From Raillietiella orientalis (taxonomy: Eukaryota): a stretch of DNA of 64,000 bases. Of this stretch, positions 37,501-49,600 are shown one piece after another. Both the position numbers and the translations under genes were made by a program. The first letter of the stretch is position 1; every line of letters starts with the position of its first letter. The notes below the pieces were generated by a model that saw nothing but the letters and a program-made list of their open reading frames with translations, had not been told where the DNA came from and searched no databases. The stretch lies in contig JAYWIR010000041.1 of NCBI GenBank assembly GCA_036172245.1, forward strand, positions 1 through 64,000, in the 5' to 3' direction.

Positions 37501-40500
37501 CATCAAAAAGGAATACATAACGTTCAGTAAAGCGTCTTCCTTGTCCTACTTTTCCAAGGACCCCTTCTAAATTAGAAATAGTTAACTGTTCACGGAATGC
37601 AATAAAACATACCAAAAATAAATTCATTGCAGACTTGAGCCACATCTTTCATTTCCCAGTTTTCAATTAACTTTTGTAGTTCATTTAATTTTGGTAATGC
37701 TGCTTGTCTAGCATGACCTTGACTATACAAACAAGCTTCACTACAGTGAATACATTCATGAATTAAATACATCAGTGATGTATTACCCTGGTTTTCGACG
37801 TAAAACATTTCCTGTTTCACGTAAAATGCGTTCCAGTTCCACTTGCAAGGGGCGAAGAAGACCCTCCACTTGTTCTAAATTTTTTCTGTCCTCTAGTGAT
37901 GAGCTAAGTCTTTGCAAGGCTTTGATGTAATCAAAGTAGGTGAAAGCATGATATATTGGATTAAGCAATAATTTGGGAAGAACATAGCGAACTGCTTCCC
38001 GAAAACCATGCCCTGCACTCTGAAGTGCTGAAGCTATTTCAGGACAGCTGGCAAGTTCCGTAATTTTAGCGCGATATGGAGCAAGTAAGATATCCTTAGA
38101 GTATTTATCATACACATCAAATTCAGCATCCTAAAAGAAACCAAAAGATCTATAAAGTTGAATGTGTGACTACCTCTGCTAATTCCTCAAAACAGTTTCC
38201 TACAGTTAATAACTGATTCTCATCTTTCATTTCCAAGGTATCTTCCAGAGAACTAATGAGTGTTGTTGTCAACTCAGCAATATCAACAATACAGCTAAAA
38301 ACCATATCAACATCCTAAATTAATTTTTGTGAAACAGTTTTCTTATTATTATCAGAAACCTCTTGTTGAACACAGCATCTGGAAATCTGTTCACGAAACA
38401 CTTTGATGAGTAGATACAATTCTCGTAAATACTGCTTCTCTGATGACATCAGTTGTTTAACTACATCATCATAACTCGTGGCTTGATCTAAATGAGGTTC
38501 TTCCTCTGTCTTGGCTGTTTCACCATCATGATAGCGAAACATATCGATAAGAACCTTAAAGTTATTATACTTTATGCACTAATAATAAGAAAATACTTAC
38601 TTTATCAGCCCACATTGATACTTTAATATCTTGACATGTGATTTCTACATGACGAGTTTTCTTCACATAATTTCCTGCCAACTAATCGATTTTTAATTGT
38701 GTTATTCTTTCATATATCTCACCAACCTTTAAAATGTCTGCTGAGATGTACTCCAATACAGCAACAATGTAAACAGTAACCTGATAATCAATTTTGTAAA
38801 GCAGAACCTCCTGAAATGTTCCTTAGTTTGATTAATGATTTGTTAACTCACTTTCTGCAGCATGGTATGGATTCGATCTACAGGCAGAACAAGATTAGGT
38901 TTTTTCCTTCCTTTTTCTATAGCTGCTTGTGCATCCCTAATAGCCCAACGATCAATAGGATTTGGGAAGGTACGCAGCACACGTTCTTCTACATCCTGAA
39001 TTGAATGTGGCTGGGGTTTGGCAACTAGCATTTCCAGCAAATGTAATATATGATTCTCAACACATTCTAAAGCATCTTCTTTTGCAGTAAGGGATGGATG
39101 TACCTGTACTAACACCTAATCACAAGAAAATAATTTAAATCTCAATTTTCTGGAGGTCGATTTCAATATCATTTTCTCCAAAATGATTTTCGGTTTGGAA
39201 CATATAGTAACTTAAAAGCAAAAGCACAGAATTTGCCAATTTAAAACTTTAATCCATAACCTCACTAAACTCGCACATTTCATTTTACATTAGTAGTAAA
39301 AAAAAAAAAACTTAAATGTTGGCCCCAATGTCTGTGATTGAGCTCCATATTTCAGACATTTGTTTGCTTCAAGTACTGACTGAAAACTAGATCTTGAACT
39401 CGCAAAGGTAACTGCATGCAAGGTATTTTTTTGAAAAGGGCTTCTGTTGGTTTGTACTTATTGCCTGATAAAATTCCGCGGAAAAAAATATCCTTCGGAA
39501 AAAAATAAAAATCACCCTGACTTAAGTAACATTTCTTCTTTATGGAGAAATTATTTTCTTGGTTATTCACAAATTGCACGAACTTTTAGTGCAATGAAGT
39601 TCATATGAGCAGATATTTATTGTAAGTACTTCACTGTTTACTTTTTAATCATTCCTTGGTTTCTAAAATTCACTAAACATATTAAAAACAACAGTCGATA
39701 AAATCAACCCACTAATTTCCGATTTTCAAATTCACTAAATTTCCAGATTTGAAAAATATAATGCAATTCGATGTGTACTTTTTGGAATCCATCCTGAACA
39801 CAATTTTGGTGATGAAGCATGCTATCAATAGCACATAATATCAATGAAAAAAATTTATTCCACGTGCAGTGTTACTGAAACAATTAAATATTTTCCCATA
39901 CTTTACAGCACAATTCATCAATGCATTCAATCTTGATCATGACAGGAAAAACGATGCTAAAACAGTTTTATTCCGAGTAATGATAAATATTTATTTCCAG
40001 CAGTATGCTATCAATGCTACAAGTTGGGCAATACTTAGGTCCTCACTCATACAATTTACATGAACAGTCAAAAGTATCTTAAAATTTTCAATCATACTGC
40101 TACTTTTTTCATACGAGTTCCTTTCTTGGGAAGCACCAAGGACACCTTTATGCCAATCCTATCTCAGGAAAAATGTCATTAAACGAATAAAGCATAAAAA
40201 GTAACAAAAAATGAAGAAAAACAAAAAAACAAAACTCAGTTCATGCAGTAATATACATGAACCTAATTTGAATCAGAATTATGAGTTTTCAAACTTTTGA
40301 AAGTTGCTTATACAAGATGAAGTTCTTTATTCTTTTATATTCCAAGCACTGCATTAAGAGGCTCCACTTCTTCAATATTTTATAAAAATCAAAATGAATA
40401 TCCACTTTCATCCTAAAGTAATACTGACAAGGCATTTCATAAAAATTTGACAAGAAATTATTCATATTCTTAACCACGTTTCTGTTTTAATAACATGTGC

Positions 40501-41373
40501 ATGTTGTGTCTAAATGTTTCTCCTTCACCAACTCTGAATGTATATCTAAATTTCATTTAATTATTTTGCATTATAATTTATTCTCAAATTTCACTACATT
40601 ACTGTGCTACTTTAAAATGTAAGAACATGTCACTGGTTTTTTAAAACTCCAATTCACAGGAATATTAGATGACTTTTCATAATTTTTCACATAATTAAAA
40701 TTAAATGAACTGCAAGCAAGCACATAAAATCTGATCATAACTACAAAAATTACTGAAGTCACAAATCTTGAACAAACTGCTAATTTTCCATTTGCATTGT
40801 TTCTGATTCATATTGCAAAAACAGATCATTTCTGTTTTTTTTGAAGATGAAAACACCAATAACAGTTATGTACAAAATCACTGTACACATTCAAATCAAG
40901 CTTAATGTAAAGTATGAAACATTACTTCTACATGTTATGTGCTACATTAGCAGGTTTAGTATCAGAAACATGAATTGGTTTACTGATATAAGAAAACATT
41001 AAAAACAAACAAATAATAAAACTGTCCTATAGACAATTCTTTGATGTTAGAACTGCTTATGAGTAATAAATGATACATACTAGATTTCGGGAAAAAAAAA
41101 AAATAGTTGAAATACAGTTAAAATTATTTATGCTTACGGGGTAACTGCTTTCTAGTATTATATTGACTATTATTTAATATAAAATAAACATATTACTTTC
41201 TAGGATACAAGAATAAAGGATAACATCCAAATTTAGACAGACATTAATTCTCCTGAATATCTTTTCATTATACTCACTTTTTGCAAAGCAACTATAAATA
41301 ATTTTTTCCATTTGCTGGCATTATCTTCACTTAAAAAATTATATTCAGAAGCACATGGAGAGTTAAACATCAT
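34598..41373 (-). CDS. Sos: Son of sevenless homolog (histone fold-DH-PH-REM-RasGEF-proline-rich), 1268 aa, 19 exons
   Basis: Exons 41373-41278, 39115-38852, 38810-38727, 38681-38601, 38554-38360, 38314-38174, 38130-37787, 37740-37613, 37566-37375, 37329-37212, 37167-37008, 36960-36722, 36678-36414, 36368-36213, 36138-35956, 35902-35785, 35732-35560, 35511-34953, 34908-34598; all GT-AG with consistent frame. Motifs [91 protein letters not shown] and PPPLPPR twice. Confidence 0.97.
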
Positions 41374-44300
41374 ACAATGGCTTTATTTACTCCAAAAGAT
41401 GTGTAACATATGCCTGGACAGGCAATCTTTATATGCTGATGAAATCATCTAATAACAGTTTCCTTTGAAGCATAAACACATCCTCAGAAACTGTGGGCTT
41501 TTTCATTGTATCAAAAATGACAGTACTCATGTAAATAAGTATAAAAATAAGTGATAAAATTAAGCTAGCAAATAAAATAACATGGTATCAGTTACAAAAA
41601 TCAACTCACATTTTCTAATAAAGATTCATGACCCATTCTGAAAAATGCTTACTAAGTAATTTCAACAGTTAATAATTTTGCAAAAACATCCATAGGACAT
41701 GAATAATTCAGACAAATTGACAAATGGTTTACCAAAACAAAGAATGCAGAAACTAATTAGAGAATTAAAAACTTTAAGGCCTTAAGGGATAGCTGATTTA
41801 GTCCAGTAAAATCAGATCCTGATGATGACACTTGCTCCATAAAGCACTACACACAAAAGTCCTCATGCTTTTGTCTTTTGATTAATGCATTTATGCAGAA
41901 ATTTTTTTTCTAATGCTATGAAAACTAATGTTCTGGTTGGAAGTACTTCTTGATTAACATACTATAAAATGTTTAAAGAATTACGCATAAATGAGCTTGT
42001 CTTTTCCCATAATGAATTCATCACTAATTAAAACCCAAGAACTCAAGTTTTATCATCAAAACACGCTGACGAACGTTTGTGTAACTTAGGTCTGGAGTCA
42101 ACTATGTAAAACTTTTGTGAGTTAATTAAGTGCATTGTACCACACATTTAATGACAGGACAACACGTATTACGATAATAATTGTTACATAATAAGTGTAA
42201 TGCGTGGAAGCGCAATACGTTAAGCGTTATAAATAACATAAATGTGCGAGGCACTTCGATGTATTACATGAAACATAACACATTACGAAAATCACGATCT
42301 CAAAGGCGAATTCGAAAAAAAAAAAAATATACTCGTGCAACACCTTAGTAACCATGAAAGGAATAGCAGTTATCATGTTAAGCATCAATTTACAATGACG
42401 GATGCTGGCATGTATAGGAAGATCCAAAACTCAATAGCACTGAATCATCACACAAAACAAGAACTTATGAAAACTTCAATTCAGGGAACGATTTATTGGA
42501 GACTCAGTACATTCAGTGCATGTTCAAAATGTCTGTCTTTTCCCAACTCTTTAAGAAATCCTGCATAAAATGAGAAAGTGATGACCACGGTAGTTCGTGT
42601 AATCACTGAACGATTGAACACCACACATACAAAAATGCGACTCAGGTAAATAGAAATTGTATTCTGGAACAGAAATACCATACTTAATTCTTCTCAAAAT
42701 CTTTCGTCATCCAAACGGTTTTGTGAAGAATTTTGCATTTTTGAAATTTGCTCAAGTAAAATCTTTTCTATTTCCTAACAAATGTTTGAAACAAATTTTA
42801 AAAAACTACAAGCGTTTTCAAAGCGATGCTGAGTTAAAATCGGGCAGTTCATAAAATTCAGCATTTAATTTATTATTTAATTTAATGCAGTCTACACACA
42901 ATCTCGTTCTTTTAGTAATTTAGATTTTTATTCACTTGAGTGTCATGGTAGAACTAAAGGCATTCTAGACTATATATTGTCATAATATGATGAACACTAA
43001 ACCAGCACATTTGGTCAAACCTTTTCTTAGGAATATAACTGATTCCGTAATAAGATTCCTCTACTAGCATACCACTAAGACATTCTGATAGCTTTCTTTT
43101 TTTTTTTTATAGACTGCATTGATTCTAATATTTTATTTTCAATCTGAACTTAAAGAATTTTTTTTTATCCTTTTACTCAAAATAACAATTTGTCATAATC
43201 AAGCTTCATTCATTCTATGTTGTTCACATTACATTAGCATTCACATAACATCGAATTGGCTATCATGATGGCATAAATAGAATTCACTGAAATGACAAAG
43301 CGGCCTTTGTCGAACCTGACAACGTAAGCTCACTATTAGGGTGCTGGTGATAAGTTAATATTCATAGCTGCTCCCTTTATGCCAAGAGGGAAATACTTAG
43401 TTGCAAATTTAGTTCCTGCTAGTTTTCGAAATTTCTCTAGCCAGTCACAAAAATCCAGTTCGCAATTAATTTGCAGGGATTAATAGTCAATTTGATTTCA
43501 ATGTAATAAATTTAACAACCAATAGTTCATGTTACAGCTACATTAATGTGATCTATCAACAGTAATAATATAGCTATATAAAGGTCACAGAGAATATAAC
43601 ATTTTTACTGACAAGTGTAGTTTTGGTGTTTGTGACATGTTCTGATGTATACTCGAAGCTATATTAGCAATAGTTCATATAATTCTTATTTCATAACTAG
43701 ATTAAAAAATTCTTTAAGGGTGACACAGATGCAATTAATGACTTCAGTAGGCTGCTTACGATATGATACTCAAACATGTGTAACACATCTAATGAGGATG
43801 AGCTGAATTCTAACACATTTTTGAAGACAAAAGATGAGCTTTTAGTCTAGATGACACCATGACTGTACTCTGTGATAAAATGTGCATATTTCTGTAGCCA
43901 CTGTTTCTTCGTTTCGATGCAAAAGAGGGGCTTACGATGGTTTCTTAGTGGAGCAAATTTTGCAATCTGTGGAAAAAATAATGCAAGGAGATGAAATACA
44001 GATCACCACAAAACAAATGTGTGAGAAAAGAAAGATTCCATGGTGACTCATTAGAAATGAGTGAAAACTTGGAAATTCCTCAGTCTTTAATTTTGAACAG
44101 TGACTGTAAGAAGTTATCAAAATAAGGGTCATTCACCTAAGTAGGTCATAAACAGAATGATCTCTTCAAGCTATTTAAAAAGAAGTAAAATAATTTCTAT
44201 TCCACGAAAACTTGCTTGTTTCAGTTGTGTGATTGCTTAGATTCGGGTGTTTCCAAACTGGCTCTGGAAACTATAACAATCTTGGTTGCAGTTCCATTCG

Positions 44301-44719
44301 AAAGATGGGGTGATCATCTGATGGCGCTCCGGTGTTCTCAGTATTCATCTCTTACAAGGGCGTCAAAACCGGAATTTGCTGTCGTTTCGCCTCCTGAAGC
44401 CACTAGGAACGATGGCGCCATTGAATGTAGACAAACGAAAACGCAGAAACTGAGTTCCAAGTCCACCTTTTCCAAGAATAAGGCCAGAGAGAAGTATCTC
44501 ACTTGTTGAGAACACATTTTAAGACCAGACACCACCTCCACCGGATATTCGATGGAGTGAAGCAATGGTGCACTACACTGAGAGAAATCGTTTCCATCAG
44601 AGACCTGGAGGGTTCATTCTGCACGAAATCTTTGGACAGCGTGCATTACACCGGCCTTCCGAATATAACCAAGCGTGGACGGAGCCGTCCATGAGGGCTA
44701 GCAAAAGTCGGTACTACAA

Positions 44720-46950
44720 TATGGGTGGGCCTAGTACGACCACACTCGAAGGTCGGGGACAAATTCTCACTTGCCTCCAGGCAACCTGTAACCCCCTCCA
44801 GCCTCTACCCTTCCTACTGTCAGCCCTTGACTTTAACCGGTGTTTGAAGACGGTCGGAAAGCGTCTTGGTAGAACCTCTCGGGTCCAGGACTGGCTGGCT
44901 GGTGGTCAACCAAACTGAGGACCTGGAGGATCAGACAAATACGGAATGTCGATGGATCCTCGGGAGTGGTTTTTGATCTGCTTCTGATCCTACTTCCTTT
45001 CTGACACCTTCTGGCAAGGAACAAGATCGTAGGGTGGAAGTAAACAAGATCGGAGGGATAAGAGGAAGACTCAGTTGATCGTAGTACCTCTGGGTGGTGC
45101 CACCACGAGAAAACCTTCCAAGCAAAAATTCCAGGTGCAGGAGGATTGACATTGGGCAATGGGGAGTGGACGAATATCCCGATCTACTCGGATGATGCAG
45201 GTGGGATGGAATGAAAGTGTTGAGAGTGCTTTCGAGCAGTGAGCATCAATCCCATGGAGACCATAGGGCATATGGTCGGACTGCCAGGAGGGTGGGAGCC
45301 AATTTTTCCAGAGCTGCCGCCACCACTGCTAACTATGGTTCTTCTGTCGCGCCACAAAAATTTTGATGAGCACAAGTAGCGCATCGGTGCCAGTCATGCC
45401 TCACTATCTGCCGACAGCCGCCTTCCCTCCTCCTCCTGGTGGTTCAGAAACTGCGTGCAGAGAGGAGCCCTGTTTCACAGAACGCGATCCTATCTTGTAG
45501 CTTCATCTCGTGAGCTTCGGAGAAGGCTTGCTAAAACGGAGAGTCCCATTACGTGAGGGATTCGTGAAGAAGACCACGTGAGAGAGACAACGAAAAGGAC
45601 GTCTTAGCGTGGATCTCAGGCACGATAGCAGAAGGGACCGACTCGTCTCATCCATTCGGGAGCGTGGATTGCCCTGAGCTTTCTCACCTGGTCACTCAGG
45701 GGTGTTTATCCCATATAAACATCAGGATTATACAAAATAAACCAGTTGGGAACAATGTTCCCAGCCGACGACTGGACAAAAATCAGAAGAAATTCTCCTG
45801 GCATGCAGGCCGGAATAACAGAGTTCAGAACGGAGTGAGGGATTGCGGAAAACAAAAAAAAGAAAAGTCAAATGACATGGGACGGGACAAGGATCTTTGG
45901 GATTGCTCCGGAAGGCACCTGAATACAAGCACTAGCACCGGGAATACAACGGAGCGAACGGGGATGGGACATGAGTGAGTGGGAGATCACAAGGGTCACC
46001 GGGGTACGCCGTTCTTAATAGTCCGTAAACCGGCGATGGATGCCGGCGATATCCTCCTTCAAATCGTCATGAAGGTGAGATCACCTTTCAGCCTTCTCCA
46101 TGGATTCACCTGCCAGACGGTGAGCCTCCCTTCGCTGCGCTGACAACTCCAGGGCGTAGCGGGCCTTCACGATGGCGCGAATGCAACACATGGTTGCGAC
46201 GATCACGCCTACCGAAGGTCCGTTCCCACTGGAGAAGCGTTGCAGCACGTCCATCTCAGTGGATTGCCCCGAGCTCGTTCAGAAATGAGGAGGCAGCCAG
46301 GGACTTCTCAAACTCAGGTGGGCTTCTGTTGGTCATAGCATCCGAGGACGTCAGGAAGGAACCGTGCTGCAAAGAGGGAAACGAGGGGGGTAGGGGAGAG
46401 GCGGAGAGAGAATCACGACGCTTTCGGGAGTCGATGGTGGAGGTCAGTTTCTAGCGTGGAGCTGCCCTCCTTTAACTGGAAGGAGTAGGGGGGCGGAGAG
46501 AATCGCTACGGAGGCGGCACAAATTGGTATTTAGAATCCCCTGGCGATCATGATGGAAGAATTCGGAAATTCTGAGAAGCGCCGTTGCTCTGAGGAGGTC
46601 GGATGTAGGGCACCCTTGTCATACCGAGAAGTCTTTTCCACTTCCGGGGCGAAAGATTACTTTCTCGGCGACTGCAGGATTGAGGTAGTTTCGTGGGAGT
46701 GCTGAACACAAGCTCAACACGTCTGACGAAGTGATCAAAACCGTCCTCGTCATCATCTAGTGCGAGATCGCGAAGGCACCTGGCTCTTCTGTGTCCTGCG
46801 ACTCTGCAACTAAGCCTCTCGGAGCATGAGATGCCTGCAAAATCTGCCGAAATGGATGGTTCTGTTATTGTGACAGGGAACCGGACAAGCCTTAGCAGCC
46901 TAAGGAAACAAGGAGGACGTACGGCTGAGAGAGATCTTAGTGAGAAGATC
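44720..46950 (-). mobile_element. Heavily decayed RLE-type (R4/Dong-like) non-LTR retrotransposon
   Basis: GC-rich block. Minus-strand frames give GLRTIKNGV..GDP (RT motif 4-like, ~46000), FCGATEEP.LAVVAA..KLAPTLLAVRPYAL (CCHC plus RH-like, ~45270-45360) and PSDLV....LFL.E (PD..D/E endonuclease-like, ~45010-45060). Confidence 0.5.
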
Positions 46951-48759
46951 ATTCAGTAAGTTCTCAATGAGGAGTATCCAACTTTGCAAGTGATAGCTTA
47001 TCTGTATCAGCTTTGAGGAACATTCGTCTGCATGAGGAAAGCAACGAATTCTCCATGGAGAGATGGACTTTGCAGCCTTCCTAGCGTATCATCGAATATC
47101 TTTTTGCGGTTTCGTTTGCTCTCAGGTAGCCTCGAATAGCTTAGGAATGGTGACTTCGACGAAGGATGCAGCTTAAGATGGTCTTCATGAATCTTTTAAA
47201 AACTGATGCTATTTCCAGGGAGAATTAGAAGGCAGAAATGAGTCTCGCAAAGATTCTTGAGAACTTGGTTGCAATCAGGAAAAACTGCTCCAGGGAGATA
47301 CAAGTCCACTGGATGATCTCGATGTGGCATACTAAACCATTTCTTTGTAGGCCACATGATGTCAGAGATAATAAGAAACAAAAGAGAACCTGAGTGAGAT
47401 TACGAAGAAGAATGACTCGGAAGGCAAACTTCTCTTTGAAGATGGACTACATTCTTGAGATCTGAATACTTTCTTGTTTCTTTTTTAAAACAGTGCTGGA
47501 AGATGGATGACAAACAAATGCTGCAGTAAGAAAACGTTCCATTTCCGCATTCCGGTTTATTTAGATAGCCATAATTTGGTAATAATAATTTTTTTTCTGC
47601 TGATTATGATTGTGCAAACAATTACCAAAGATGCCATTCGTCTATTCATTCCTGACAATTGCAGTGATTAGCTACGGAGATTAAGAGTTTATCTAAAGGC
47701 TATCAGATTAAAATCCTTAAATGAAAGTGCATCGAAATTTTATGGCTAGTGCGCGCTCATGTAAAAGAGGATGACTGACGTGATCTAAAAAATGACAAAT
47801 ATAGAGCAGCATTCCATATCGCAGAAATCTCCGTCTGGGAATCAGAAAAAAGTTCGCATTAGGGAATTCGGTATTATACCAGAGGGTTTAATCCTTCGTC
47901 CAGACACAGATCTGATCATGTAAAAGCCAGAAGGTCAAAGATCGCTTGCATCCTCTTATCCAAACCAAAGTCGAAAGAGGGATCTCTGCCTACACAACTC
48001 TGATATTCACAGGATGAACAATCAAAATTTCATTTTGCCCACTTTTCAAAAGGAGTGCTCAGCTGTTGGTTCATAAACTCCCCCTTCTTTTTTTCTCTTT
48101 GGCGACGCCAGACTACATGGATGCGGTATCTTCGTGGATGAGTTCATTCTTTTAGCTGATCCCCTTACTGTAGGGTTCAAATGGAATACTCATATCCCTT
48201 TGCTGCATGCTGTGTTTTTCCAAGAATATTTTTTCGCTTTCCTTGTATCGACCGAATCTGAGTCCCTGAAGCTTCATTTCCTTCTCTTCGTGCTTTGGTA
48301 TGATCTCATAGATCACTGCAGTCTCGATGCGATTCATACAGCTCCATGCAAAAAATAAATGCCTATTGCATGAAAATTTAAGATCAAATTCCGCTGTCTA
48401 TTTCTTTCTCCCTCTTTTTTTTTTGGCCATGCGTATTTTGCGCTCTTCCGACCGTCAGCTAAAATTTGATGTCACAAAGAAATCTTGTCATCTTTGAGGT
48501 GCGCAGTTCACAAAAAGACATCAGCTCCATCAAGGAAATTCCATAAAAATCACTGCCTAGGAAAGCGCAAATCAGTATTTTATGATTACTGTATCTGATT
48601 GGGCAATTGAGACAGAGGATGCTGAGATTTCCACAGAGGATCCCATCAAAAGCGTCTACTCTTTTGTCTCTGATGATTCGATGGAGTAAGTTAGTCGCCT
48701 CCCGCTCGACTGATTGGACGAAGCAATGGTGAAGCTTCAAGCCTCCGATGGCAAATTTT

Positions 48760-49600
48760 GACTCACGCGGCGAGGCTCAATTTAATTCAACCTGCACAAG
48801 CAACAGGAATGGCATCGATCACATATGCAAGAGGTATGTGGTGTGGGAGGAGTCTTTTAACCGCATCTTTAATCACTAGCATGCGGAACGACAAAAAGAT
48901 CATCAAGACGGGAGACGACAAACTAGCTGTCCAGATAAAGAGAACCGAAGATCCCAAAGAAATTCAAGATAAGTGAGATTCAAGAAAAGAGAACTGTGCA
49001 TGAAACAGGGACACCAGTGCGTCCGAATATGTAACGGCAGTCTTGGAGAGGTCTTCAGCTTTGAGAATCAGACGAACGAAGTACCAGACAAGATGATCAA
49101 TATAGTGGCAGTATGGAAACTGGCTGTTGACAATTAACTCTTCATGATGGAGAGCGAATCTGCCACCTGATTAGATGACAACCTCATACTTTTCTACATT
49201 GGAAGACTTCAATACAGTCGAAAGCTGAGGACGGTCAACATGAATTCGATGAGACCAGTGGTCAAGATGAAGCGGAAACCCACTTTTCTACTAGCTCAAT
49301 ACTTGACAAGGACTGAGACGACTCGAAGAAAGTAAAAGGTGCTATGGAAAAGTCGAAAGAAGAATTTCTGAAAGAACTGTTCGGGATAGATGGCATCGTT
49401 CCAAGATACGATCCCACGGTTCAGATGCACCTTGCTTCCTTCACCACAGCAGAGCTCATAAGAAGCAGAATCATACTCTAAGGCAGATGTGTAACAGTAA
49501 AGTGCATTGCAGACAAGCTGATCGAAACACATATGGATATTAGAAGTGGAAAAGCATGCTATAGGAAATCATAAATCATCTAGATGAAGGAGGAGTAGAG
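48760..49600 (+). mobile_element. Decayed 3' fragment of an L1/Tx1-like ORF2
   Basis: Translation ELFGIDGIVPRYDPTVQMHLASF...GRCVTVKCI aligns by eye with LLEGEDGVPRYDPTVRVIVSFF...GRACKARDV of the 19880-21100 fragment. Confidence 0.6.
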
